Source of the DNA: a virus | Lineage: Duplodnaviria > Caudoviricetes | DNA: 55,421 nucleotides | Virus record (IMG/VR): IMGVR_UViG_3300044729_001120 | Span: 1 to 55,421 of that record | Reading direction: 5' to 3' (one strand) | Shown here: piece after piece, positions 44,701 to 53,217 of the stretch | How positions within the stretch are numbered: the stretch's first letter is position 1 | How the letters are laid out: the number at the start of each line of letters is the position of its first letter | Translations under genes and position numbers: made by a program | Notes under the pieces: model-generated | Told to the model about the DNA's origin: nothing | Database searches by the model: none | The model's input: only the letters and a program-made list of their open reading frames with translations

Positions 44701-47700
44701 GAGTTCGGTTTTGGTCAAGATGTCTTTAGAAGTGCTGCAAACAGGATTAACGAATCTGGTAACGTAAAGTCTGTTGTTCCTGAAATGGGCGATCTTGGTC
44801 CTGACGACCTGCAGGCGGTTGCTTGGTTCATGGAAAAAGAAAGATGGACAAACAATGGCTGGACAACAAAAGCCGGTGAAGGCGGATCTCTTGAATACGA
44901 AATGTCCCTAGCCGGAAGCCCGGATCAAGTTCGCATTGATGATTTGCGTCGAGAAATTAATACAGGCTTTAAAACCCCAAATAAAAGAAAAAAAGAAACT
45001 GATGCCGAATATGCAGAGAGAGTAGCTCAAGCAAGGCGCGTCTATGACAACCGGCAGGAGCTGGCAGGCATAGAACTGCAGTCGCTTCAGGCCCCGCTGC
45101 AGCGTTATACAGTTGGCGTTTCTGGAGAGCGTCCTGATTTGCCGATGAGTAATTACGCTCAGGCAGAACTTGCAGCTGAGATTGATGACGTGGTTCGTAA
45201 TGATTCTTCAGTGCTTGGATATAACCTTGCTAATACCTATGGATCTTTCATGGGAAATACAGAAAGAGCATTAAATGCTGAATTTGTAGTCCAACAAAAT
45301 TTTAATCCAAGTGCTTTGATTAGAAGACTGGTTGAGCAGGGTAAAAATTACAATCAGGATGCCGTATTCATATCTCGCTCCGTTCCTGCTGGCTCTCCAA
45401 ACGCAAGGCCGGGGGCAGAGATATTTTTTAAAGAAGAAATATCTCCGAAGGAGCTTGCCAAGATTACAGCTCGTTTAAGGGAATATGGAGTGGACGGATT
45501 TACTTATATAACAGACATGAGGTTTGATGACAGAATCAACCGTCAGGCTCGATCAGGAGCTCCCGAGACGGCAAAATTAACTGGATTGCGGTTCCAGTAC
45601 ATACCTGAATTTGACGAAGGATTTGACCCAAGACGCGCTGATGAGATTTATAAAGAAAAAGAAGATTTGTTTGCAGCGATTCTTGCGGATACAATGGCAG
45701 ACCAAAACGTATCTGACATAAGATATAATTTTTACGATACGCAAGTCTTTTTTAGGGATGGCTACGATGAGTACCTTACAAGAAATACTCCAGCGAGTGG
45801 AAGCCAAGCAGGGGGAGAAGTCTCCAGTGGCGCAGGCTCTGCGCAATCAAATCGCGGCAGAGAAGGGCAAGCAGAGCTTCCAGAACCTGTACGTGACCGG
45901 AGCGGTCAAGCGGCCCGCGCAAGCCCCCAAGAAGGCATAGATAACTTCGCCAAAGGCGGCGCAGTCACCTCCTCGCGTCGCATGCTAGAGAACCTCATTG
46001 GAAAAAAGCCTGAAGGCCAGCGCGTTGATGCGACTGGCCTGCTTGGCTTTGCCAATGGTGGAGAGGCTCGTGTAGGCGGCAGCGCCCCAGCAGTTGCTGG
46101 CCGCACGGGCAGGGCTGCTCAACTAGCAGCACAAAGGGCAGAGGAACCACAGACTGAAAGCCGCGCCATGCTGGAGCGTTTAGATGCGGCCACGCCTGTT
46201 GAGCGCGCCGTGTTTGAATCAACGGGCATGGAGCCGGGTCTGGACAGAGCCATGATGTTACCCTTTGCGGGCAGCCGTGAAGAGGGGAACCTGCAGCTTG
46301 CCGCGCCGGGCTTTGTCTACGACGCAGCAAGGGCGTTTGTCACCCCGGGCATGGCCGCCAGAGGTCAGCGGGTGTCGGATGAGGACATCCTTAACACTGC
46401 TATGAACGTCATGGGCGGCGGCGTAGGCGCGAGTCGAGTTGCAGGGCCTAGAACCGCTCCGGACGAAATGCTGCTGGGTATGGGGGTTGGGTCGAATGTT
46501 ATAAAATTGGGGAATACGGGCGGAAGTAACGCACGTAACGCTGCGGATGAGTTAAAGGAGATTTTTGCAGAAAACCCGCTTAATTCAAGGGAGTTGATAA
46601 GCAACACGGCAGGTGCAACAGTGTACTCAATGGGAGACACGCTACACCTGTCTGATATTCGTACATTCGACCCCGGAAAAGGTGGGGCATCAAAAATGTT
46701 GCGCAGCATTTTAGAAGTTGCAGACAAAAACAATGTCCCTGTTACATTGACCGCAGACAATTATAGTGGGGATGGACTTACCACAGCACAACTTGTTGAC
46801 TGGTACAAACGCAACGGCTTTGAGGTTGAAAACGACTTTGGGGATGATGGCGTAGACATGATCCGTCAGCCTAGAAATATTACTGAAGAGGCTTCCGGTG
46901 CAGCTAGGTCTACACCAACCGCCGCTGACGACCTTGCTGCGTTGACGGATCGGGCTCCGACTACCAGTAGCATAGCTGCTAGGTCTGCGAATGTAGTAAC
47001 CGCTTTAAATAAAAGCGGAGACCCTTTAGGCATAAACGTAGCCGTAGATCCGCGTAACGGAACGGATTACGCGGACCTTATTGTCAGCGGCGCTAAAAAG
47101 TTTGAAAGCCGAGAGACAGCATCCCTAAAGCCTTACGTGGGTAAGAGAGTAGGTATTGTGCGTACTGGTGCAGGTCAGGCAGAAGTTATAGGCTCTGTTG
47201 AAATAGGTCAACCTATTAAAGTTAATGAAAAACAGTTTAATCAGCTTAGGGATCAACACCTAGTTGCAGAAGATTCTTCGTTTAACATTAAAAAAGGCCA
47301 AACTAAATTCCTTTATCCCATGATAGACCCCACATCTACGCCTCCTCAAAAAGTCACGTCTAAAGGAATTGTAGCTAGGGCTATCCCCACCGGGCAAAGG
47401 GCCGCCGACGACCTTGCTGCGTTGACGGATCGTGCCCCCAAGCTTATTGATTCATTGCCGGGAAGAAACGAATTAAATTATTGGATTGATGGTGGTCAGG
47501 ACGCAGTTGAAAGAGGGTTCCCTGAAGAGCCTTTCATCCTCTTAGACAAACTCTACATTGACCCGCAAAACAGAGGCCAAGGCGCTGCTCGACAAGTGCT
47601 AGTAGAAGGCTTGCAAGAAATGGCAGAGCAATATCCCGGTATGGACGTTAGGCTTTTGGCCGAGCCACTTGATAGATCAACAAATCAAAGTGACCTAGTA

Positions 47701-47901
47701 AGGTTGTATGAGTCTGTTGGGTTTGAGGTTGACAATTACCAAGATGGAATGAGCTCAATTCCGATGTCTCTACGACTTCCCAAAAAAGTCGCAAGGACTG
47801 GGGGCAACACACCACCCGCTGCACTAGGCTACGCCAAAGGCGGCGCAGTCACCAAGAACAACGTAGAACGCATGCGCAACGATAATCGAAAGTATCTTTA
47901 G
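41767..47901 (+). CDS. 2044-aa modular (polyvalent) protein: HhH-glycosylase-like domain, two GNAT-like domains and an ASCH-like domain
   Basis: WY...SAQTNV..N...PKT.NF..NL.G...TVDVW..R...LQA..W; LSDIRT..PGKGGAS...LVDWYKRNGF; YADLIVSGAKKFESR; LYIDPQNRGQGAA...LVRLYESVGF. Confidence 0.65.
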   Translation: MPNLTAREMLLRLPMRMAEGGAVDTAPGVSAAYRRAMQVGGQQTVDDYYANLRADAKAYLANPNAPTGAEAYNVLLQSGISTSDLINAGVDQAVLDKIFAVKMPIIPQSQFVTPTGMTSAYERSPDLAFESQRLTAQGQDGRAILDKQGRDYIANLQQGGIDAAERAQMLEYATERGYSFDDLMKAGVDPNVLFTRPQAAPPPPPFPDPVPYTPITVYQPLPTQPDIFAAGQPALDTTFRESSPRTAIPGMPGQFDYSPAAKLRPATGAGFTFTPPSVTSRPRSLLSPREIQAYGGLTSASQRFAQNRQLLDNNLRRLAQSTPALKDLKTYNQLRNMMMSSYFAADPNTLSDPLLAFDPKTVEGQNLQKYLAGLPAPSTQKPDPIVVTDGMTGKDVEIDAPVYGGFLPFAKGGYVKKSDGSARDGLARFQEGGEVSGRRPLSPNDPLYIRQDAPVNLDELRRRQLGDVAPAADAQLPLDELLRRQLEGIDNTPSTARTAGSQQSESRNMLQNIVAGAKQIPGTVFDYGRGIAQSENPLAQIRSDVGAMGGAMIEGAKQDPLGFALDMTPIIGEIRSGMDAKKYSDMANEADRAGDYELADSYRQVSTMAAAGAVPFGGIGARGARRAAMSDMADVPPDSARGMLDALTPEAGVDAPRTPGEDVDALTALDQPPAGSAAAMLDEVDAAAPSARLSRDELGRINASVGSNRIKQRAMKEETRRIKNNFLPDDGWERINFSGVKENKPDFKKIAYGFQKPPEGLDKGEWANRLSDNLVSEVDGVVQRARSGDQAAIDILRQANWYRGMRDQLRSEFGGIGDVFADVLGTTSAQTNVEQNFRNATEILRRYSRGEFDTELQAYENRIKQGIPVDGKTLTALHKAGEFPLITNSAGKLFNTNSPSSMGALLDMFRSVKTGSAPKTPNFTGNLIGLTNEATVDVWAARMLRRLSGQSRIPPVAEQGVTGTHLVGSSLGNPRVGGEFGFGQDVFRSAANRINESGNVKSVVPEMGDLGPDDLQAVAWFMEKERWTNNGWTTKAGEGGSLEYEMSLAGSPDQVRIDDLRREINTGFKTPNKRKKETDAEYAERVAQARRVYDNRQELAGIELQSLQAPLQRYTVGVSGERPDLPMSNYAQAELAAEIDDVVRNDSSVLGYNLANTYGSFMGNTERALNAEFVVQQNFNPSALIRRLVEQGKNYNQDAVFISRSVPAGSPNARPGAEIFFKEEISPKELAKITARLREYGVDGFTYITDMRFDDRINRQARSGAPETAKLTGLRFQYIPEFDEGFDPRRADEIYKEKEDLFAAILADTMADQNVSDIRYNFYDTQVFFRDGYDEYLTRNTPASGSQAGGEVSSGAGSAQSNRGREGQAELPEPVRDRSGQAARASPQEGIDNFAKGGAVTSSRRMLENLIGKKPEGQRVDATGLLGFANGGEARVGGSAPAVAGRTGRAAQLAAQRAEEPQTESRAMLERLDAATPVERAVFESTGMEPGLDRAMMLPFAGSREEGNLQLAAPGFVYDAARAFVTPGMAARGQRVSDEDILNTAMNVMGGGVGASRVAGPRTAPDEMLLGMGVGSNVIKLGNTGGSNARNAADELKEIFAENPLNSRELISNTAGATVYSMGDTLHLSDIRTFDPGKGGASKMLRSILEVADKNNVPVTLTADNYSGDGLTTAQLVDWYKRNGFEVENDFGDDGVDMIRQPRNITEEASGAARSTPTAADDLAALTDRAPTTSSIAARSANVVTALNKSGDPLGINVAVDPRNGTDYADLIVSGAKKFESRETASLKPYVGKRVGIVRTGAGQAEVIGSVEIGQPIKVNEKQFNQLRDQHLVAEDSSFNIKKGQTKFLYPMIDPTSTPPQKVTSKGIVARAIPTGQRAADDLAALTDRAPKLIDSLPGRNELNYWIDGGQDAVERGFPEEPFILLDKLYIDPQNRGQGAARQVLVEGLQEMAEQYPGMDVRLLAEPLDRSTNQSDLVRLYESVGFEVDNYQDGMSSIPMSLRLPKKVARTGGNTPPAALGYAKGGAVTKNNVERMRNDNRKYL
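45758..45940 (+). CDS. Candidate overprinted small helical protein nested (+1 frame) inside the 2044-aa gene
   Basis: MATMSTLQEILQRVEAKQGEKSPVAQALRNQIAAEKGKQSFQNLYVTGAVKRPAQAPKKA*; AGGGA upstream of the second ATG (45767); the host frame here is low-complexity linker. Confidence 0.5.
   Translation: MATMSTLQEILQRVEAKQGEKSPVAQALRNQIAAEKGKQSFQNLYVTGAVKRPAQAPKKA
45948..47853 (+). repeat. 22-bp direct repeat CGCCAAAGGCGGCGCAGTCACC (45948-45969 and 47832-47853)
   Basis: Identical copies 1884 bp apart (in frame), encoding AKGGAVT. Confidence 0.85.
46921..47438 (+). repeat. 38-bp imperfect direct repeat (46921-46958 and 47401-47438) flanking the ASCH-like domain
   Basis: 35/38 identical, 26-bp exact core GACGACCTTGCTGCGTTGACGGATCG, 480 bp apart, encoding AADDLAALTDRAP. 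Confidence 0.9.
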
Positions 47902-47910
47902 GACACCGAC

Positions 47911-50277
47911 ATGCCCATAGACAAGGTAGTAAATCTAGCCCCGAGAACCGACCTCATCGAGATTGGTGAGGAGGACGGTCAGGACATTGAGATCATCATT
48001 GAGGATGACGGCAGTGCTCTGATTGAGATTGGCATGGGCGATGAGGAGCAGGGTTTTTACGACAACCTTGCGGACAGCATCGATCCGCAGGATCTTGGGC
48101 ACATCTCCATCACGCTGCAATCTCTGTTCGACGCGGATAAGAGCTCTCGCGGGCAGTGGGAGGAGATGTACGCCAAGGGTTTGGACCTGTTGGGCCTGCG
48201 GATGGAGGATCGCACGCAGCCGTTCCGTGGCGCGTCGGGCGTTGTGCATCCAATGCTGACCGAGGCCATCATTCAGTTCCAAGCGCAGTCGTTTAAGGAG
48301 CTGATGCCAGCGGGTGGTCCTGTGCGAACGCAGACACTGGGCAAGGAAACTCTGGATAAAGTCCAACAGGCTGCACGTGTACAGGATTTTATGAATTACC
48401 AGATCACGGCTGTGATGAAGGAGTACACGCCGGAGTTCGACCAGCTGCTGTTTTACACCGGATACGGCGGCTCTACCTTTAAAAAAGTGTACTACGACTC
48501 GCAATTGGGTCGTATGGTCAGTCGTCTGGTGCTTGCCGACGACCTTTACATCCCCTACCACGGCTCGAGCGTGATTTCTGAGTGTCGGCGCATCACGCAC
48601 CGCATTGCGATGGACTCAAACGAGTTTAAAAAGCGTGTTTACGCGGGTGAATATATTGACATTGAGGTGTCTCCTGACGGTTCTGGTATTTCGCAGGATC
48701 AAATTGGTGCCACCATTGACCGAATTACCGGCATGCAGTCTGCTGGCGAGCCAGAAGAGATCGCTTTGCTGGAGTTTCACGTCGATTTGGACATCCCCGG
48801 CTACGAAGACGTGGACGAGGACGGCGAACCGACTGGGATCAAGCTGCCGTATGTGGTTACAACCGACGAAACCAGTGGTCGAGTGATCAGTGTGCGTCGA
48901 AACTGGGCAGAAGAAGACCCTCTGCACCTTAGAATTGAGTATTTTGTGCATTACATGCTCGTTTCTGGCCTCGGTGCCTACGGTTTGGGCTTTGTGCACC
49001 TGATTGGCGGCCTTTCTAAGACTGCAACCTCTGCACTTCGTCAGTTATTGGACTCTGGCACGCTTTCTAACCTGCCTGCGGGCTTCAAGGCCAAGGGCGC
49101 GCGGATCGCGGACGACGACAAGCCCATCCAGCCGGGTGAATGGCGTGATATTGACGCTGGTGGGGCTGAACTGGCCTCATCACTGCTGCCGTTGCCCTAT
49201 AAAGAGCCCAGCCAGACTCTATTTGCGCTGTTAAGCTTCACCGTGGACGCCGGCAGACGTCTTGCCAGCATTGCAGACATGCAGGTAGGCGACGCCAACC
49301 AGCAAGCGGCAGTGGGCACCACTCTTGCGCTGCTTGAGCGCGGCTCAATGGTGATGAGCGCCATCCATAAGCGCCTGTACTACGCACAGACGCAAGAGTT
49401 TGAGATGCTTTTCCGAGGTTTTGGTCAGTACTTGCCCCCCGAGTACCCCTATGATGTACCGGGAGCGTCTCGTTTAATCAAGCAGTCTGACTTTGACAAC
49501 AAGGTTGCCGTGCTGCCGGTTGCTGACCCCAATATCTTCTCCGCTGCGCAGCGCATCACCTTGGCACAGACCCAGCTTCAGCTGGCGCAGAGCGCGCCAA
49601 ACATGCACAACATGTACGAGGCGTACTACCGGGTTTACCAGTCGATGAACGTGAGGGACATCGACGGCATTCTGAAGACCCAGACCAACCAGATGCCCAA
49701 GGACCCGGCAAGCGAGAACATCGATGCGATTGACGGCAAGCAGCTTAAGGCGTTTGCCGGCCAGCAGCACGACTCGCACATTGCCTCGCACCTGATCATG
49801 GGGCTCTCGCCCTTGGTGCAGGGCAACCCGCTGGCCGCTGTTGAGTTGCAGAAACACGTCATGGAGCACGTTAAGCTCAAGGCAGAAGAAGACGCCGAGG
49901 CCGAGCTGTTCCGTCAGTACGGCAGCGACCCTGACCGTATGGTCTCCGACATGCAGCGTGAGGCGATGATCTCGCTCAACATTGCTCAGTACCTGATGGA
50001 CGTCAAGGCGATGCAGACAACGCTCTCTGGCGAGGGAGCCGGCGCACCTGACCCGGTCATCGCGCTCAAGGAGCAGGAGCTTCAGCAGCGCGCGGCGAAG
50101 GATCAGGCTGAAATACAGCTCAAGCAAGAGGGATTGAAGAACGAGCAGATGCGCATCCAAGAGAGCTCACAGGCCAACGATGAGCGCATTGCATCGCAGG
50201 AGAAGATCGCTCAAGGGCGGTTTGAAGTTGCCAGAGAGCGCATTAACACACCAAAACAAGGCCCGGGGGGTGCGTGA
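47911..50277 (+). CDS. Portal protein
   Basis: 788 aa; SR..WE..Y.KGL.LLG, PF.GA..V.HP, DFMNYQ, FKKVYYD, GFKAKG, GTT.ALLE.G. Confidence 0.88.
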   Translation: MPIDKVVNLAPRTDLIEIGEEDGQDIEIIIEDDGSALIEIGMGDEEQGFYDNLADSIDPQDLGHISITLQSLFDADKSSRGQWEEMYAKGLDLLGLRMEDRTQPFRGASGVVHPMLTEAIIQFQAQSFKELMPAGGPVRTQTLGKETLDKVQQAARVQDFMNYQITAVMKEYTPEFDQLLFYTGYGGSTFKKVYYDSQLGRMVSRLVLADDLYIPYHGSSVISECRRITHRIAMDSNEFKKRVYAGEYIDIEVSPDGSGISQDQIGATIDRITGMQSAGEPEEIALLEFHVDLDIPGYEDVDEDGEPTGIKLPYVVTTDETSGRVISVRRNWAEEDPLHLRIEYFVHYMLVSGLGAYGLGFVHLIGGLSKTATSALRQLLDSGTLSNLPAGFKAKGARIADDDKPIQPGEWRDIDAGGAELASSLLPLPYKEPSQTLFALLSFTVDAGRRLASIADMQVGDANQQAAVGTTLALLERGSMVMSAIHKRLYYAQTQEFEMLFRGFGQYLPPEYPYDVPGASRLIKQSDFDNKVAVLPVADPNIFSAAQRITLAQTQLQLAQSAPNMHNMYEAYYRVYQSMNVRDIDGILKTQTNQMPKDPASENIDAIDGKQLKAFAGQQHDSHIASHLIMGLSPLVQGNPLAAVELQKHVMEHVKLKAEEDAEAELFRQYGSDPDRMVSDMQREAMISLNIAQYLMDVKAMQTTLSGEGAGAPDPVIALKEQELQQRAAKDQAEIQLKQEGLKNEQMRIQESSQANDERIASQEKIAQGRFEVARERINTPKQGPGGA

Positions 50278-50492
50278 TGCCTTTAAGACAGGGAAAAAGC
50301 CAAAAAGTTATCAGTGACAACATAAAAACTGAAATTAAAGCGGGCAAGCCACAAAAGCAAGCCATTGCCATTGCTTTGAGCCAAGCGGGGAAAACCCGCA
50401 AAATGAAGGAGGGGGGTATCGTAAAACCAAAGATAATTAAACCGAGGATCATTAAGAAAAAAGATGGCAATAGAGACGTAAAAATCTATTGA
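50274..50492 (+). CDS. Small basic head-associated protein
   Basis: [30 protein letters not shown]; contains MKEGGIV. Confidence 0.7.
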   Translation: MMPLRQGKSQKVISDNIKTEIKAGKPQKQAIAIALSQAGKTRKMKEGGIVKPKIIKPRIIKKKDGNRDVKIY

Positions 50493-50531
50493 TTTACGCC
50501 TTTCAGACGGTGGCGACTACCTTCTGCTTAC

Positions 50532-50729
50532 ATGGAAATGACCATGCTCACTTTTGCTGAAAAAGTACTAAAAGAAATGAGGAAGATAGAACACGACACG
50601 CAGCAGCTTGTGCTGGGTGGGAGTGTCAGCGACATGGAGAGATATAGGTATCTGATGGGGCGGTTAGAGGGTATTCGACTTTCAGAAAGTATTGTGAAAA
50701 GCGAACTTGATAAGCACTCAGAGGACTAA
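50532..50729 (+). CDS. Hypothetical head-module protein
   Basis: 65 aa (start possibly 50544); G...DME.YRY.MG..EG pattern before GroES. Confidence 0.65.
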   Translation: MEMTMLTFAEKVLKEMRKIEHDTQQLVLGGSVSDMERYRYLMGRLEGIRLSESIVKSELDKHSED

Positions 50730-50732
50730 CCT

Positions 50733-51191
50733 ATGCAACCAAAGCTGACAGCTCTAGAACAGAAATGGGCAGACGATAAGGCCAACCAAAAACCCTCGCT
50801 GAACGATGCCTACACAGATGATGGCACTGTTCCAGAAAGCGGTCTCACACAAAGCGTCTTAGACTTGATACCGCAACCGACTGGGTGGCGCCTTGCGCTG
50901 CTACCTTACCGGGGTGCCGGTACGTCAAAGGGCGGCATTGTGCTGACCAAAGAAACAACTGAACGCACTCAACTGGCAACAAACGTGGGCTACGTGCTCA
51001 AGCTTGGACCACTCGCCTACGCGGACGAAAGCAAGTTCCCCGACGGCGCATGGTGCAAACCCGGTGACTGGGTGGTGTTTGGTCGTTACGCGGGCTCCCG
51101 CATCCAGATTGAGGGCGGTGAGATTCGCCTTCTGAACGACGACGAGATTTTGGGAATTGTGTCCGATCCTGCAAGCATTTTGCACAAGTGA
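50733..51191 (+). CDS. groES: GroES-like co-chaperonin
   Basis: PTGWR, SKGGIVL, VLKLGP, GDWVVFGRYAG, LLNDDEILG. Confidence 0.85.
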   Translation: MQPKLTALEQKWADDKANQKPSLNDAYTDDGTVPESGLTQSVLDLIPQPTGWRLALLPYRGAGTSKGGIVLTKETTERTQLATNVGYVLKLGPLAYADESKFPDGAWCKPGDWVVFGRYAGSRIQIEGGEIRLLNDDEILGIVSDPASILHK

Positions 51192-51204
51192 AGAGGAAAG
51201 TATC

Positions 51205-52101
51205 ATGATTGATTCAAATGAAAAGTTAGAATTCGATATTGGAGAAAACGAGGAGGCGGCTACGGTCACCATCTCGGAAGACACCGAAGGCAAGAGCACC
51301 AGTGTCGTGGAGAGCGGTCCGAACGCGGAGGAGCTAGATCAGTACTCCGACAAGGTCAAAAAGCGCATCGACAAGCTCACCGCGCGCCTACGTGAGACCG
51401 AGCGCCGTGAGCAGTCGGCACTGGAGTACGCAAAGAGCGTACAGTCTCGCAACGAAGAGCTGCAGAAGCAGTATGAGCAGACAGCAGTTGCGCGTGTGGG
51501 TGAGGCCAAGGGGCGGGTTGAAACGCAGATTACCGCGCTCAAGAACGTGATTCGTCGCGCGCGGGAAGAAGGTGACATTGACACCGAGACCGAAGCGCAG
51601 CAGCGGCTGACGTCAACTATCATGGAGCAGCACCAGCTGGCGAACCATGAGGCGCAGGTTAGCCGGATACGACAGCAGCAAGAGCGGGCGCCCGCGCAGC
51701 AGCAGGCACCCGCACAGCAGCAGGCACCCAGAAGGAACGATCCGCGTGCAGAAGAGTGGGCGGAGAAAAACACATGGTTTGGCTCGGACGTGGTGATGAC
51801 CAACACGGTTCGTGGTATTCATGTGGAGCTTGTTAAAAACGAAGGATTTGACCCGCAGACAGATGAGTACTATGATGAGATAGATCGCAGAATGCAGGAT
51901 CTCTTTCCGAAGAAGTTTTCTGAGTCTGCGCCCCAACAAACCAGAAGCAGCCGACCCGTGCAAACCGTTGCCTCTGCGACCCGATCTTCGGGACTAAATA
52001 ATTCAGCACGCCGTAGTATCCGGCTTAAACCTAGTGAAGTTGCAATGGCAAAGAAACTAGGCGTACCGCTTGAAAAATACGCACAATACGTGAAAAGGTA
52101 A
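51205..52101 (+). CDS. Capsid scaffolding protein
   Basis: Acidic N-terminus, coiled coil, W..KN.WFG, C-terminal AKKLGVPLE.YA; position between portal and capsid. Confidence 0.7.
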   Translation: MIDSNEKLEFDIGENEEAATVTISEDTEGKSTSVVESGPNAEELDQYSDKVKKRIDKLTARLRETERREQSALEYAKSVQSRNEELQKQYEQTAVARVGEAKGRVETQITALKNVIRRAREEGDIDTETEAQQRLTSTIMEQHQLANHEAQVSRIRQQQERAPAQQQAPAQQQAPRRNDPRAEEWAEKNTWFGSDVVMTNTVRGIHVELVKNEGFDPQTDEYYDEIDRRMQDLFPKKFSESAPQQTRSSRPVQTVASATRSSGLNNSARRSIRLKPSEVAMAKKLGVPLEKYAQYVKR

Positions 52102-52106
52102 ATACC

Positions 52107-52595
52107 ATGAGCGAAAACGACATCGTTGTACCAAAGTTAAATCGCAGCACCCGGGGCACTGAGTCTCGAGAAACCACTGCGCGTCGCAAGCCTTGGGCAC
52201 CTCCATCACGACTCGATGCTCCTCCCGCCCCAGACGGTTACAAGCACCGCTGGATTAGACGAGAAGCCGGTGGAATGGATGACAGAATGAATATCTCCTC
52301 AAAAATGAGAGAAGGCTACGAGTTAGTGCGCGCCGACGAATACCCTGAATTTTCGGGGCAGGGCTTGGATGACGGGCGACACGCGGGCGTGATCTCGGTA
52401 GGCGATGTGGTTCTGGCACGAATTCCAGAGGAAACAGCAGACGAGCGACGGGCGTTTTATAAAAGCCGTACACACGATCAAATCAAGGCTGCAGACAACG
52501 ACCTGTTGAAGAGCAACGCGCATTCAAGCATGCGTATCTCGGCGCCAGAGCGGCAGTCAAAAGTAAGCGTCGGCGGATCTCGATCCTCCGAATAA
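52107..52595 (+). CDS. Conserved head-module protein
   Basis: WAPPS.LDAP..PDGY.HRWIR...REGYE.V. Confidence 0.65.
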   Translation: MSENDIVVPKLNRSTRGTESRETTARRKPWAPPSRLDAPPAPDGYKHRWIRREAGGMDDRMNISSKMREGYELVRADEYPEFSGQGLDDGRHAGVISVGDVVLARIPEETADERRAFYKSRTHDQIKAADNDLLKSNAHSSMRISAPERQSKVSVGGSRSSE

Positions 52596-52619
52596 CCTAT
52601 ATTTAAAGGAACTTTCACT

Positions 52620-53204
52620 ATGGCAAACGTAGACAAAGCATTTGGCCTGCGCCCGCTTGGTAACTTGTCCGCCACTGGAGCTCAGAAGCAGTTTGCTTAT
52701 GAGATCGAAGACAATCAGACTGGCGCCATTTTCCAAGGGGATCTGGTCACACTCGTTGGTGGGTATGTCGTGAAATACGACTCCACGCTGCACACATCGG
52801 CACTGGGCGTATTGAACGGTGTTTTTTATGTTGATCCTACAAGTGGCAAGCCCACTTTTAAGAACTTCTATCCGGGTTCCGTTAACATTACTTCCGGTGT
52901 AATTACCGCAGAAGTGGTGGACGATCCCAGCCAGCTGTTCTTGATCCAAGCAGACGAAGACATTGTGCAGGCAGACATTGGCAAAAACGCCAACATTGCC
53001 TACACCGCCGGCAGCACTACTACTGGCCTGTCTGCGACCGAACTTGACTCATCTACCGTTGCTAACACAGCGGGTCTGGTGTTAAAGATCGTGGGCTTCT
53101 ACAACGCACCCAACAACACACGTGCTGAAAATCACGTTGACGTTGTGGTTAAAATCAACACTCACCTGTACGGCAGCACTGGTGTTGCCAATACAGCGCC
53201 ATAA
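52620..53204 (+). CDS. Capsid decoration/cement-like protein
   Basis: MANVDKAFGLRP, IFQGD.V, DDP...F.IQ; directly upstream of the major capsid gene. Confidence 0.6.
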   Translation: MANVDKAFGLRPLGNLSATGAQKQFAYEIEDNQTGAIFQGDLVTLVGGYVVKYDSTLHTSALGVLNGVFYVDPTSGKPTFKNFYPGSVNITSGVITAEVVDDPSQLFLIQADEDIVQADIGKNANIAYTAGSTTTGLSATELDSSTVANTAGLVLKIVGFYNAPNNTRAENHVDVVVKINTHLYGSTGVANTAP

Positions 53205-53217
53205 TAGGAGCTAGCAC

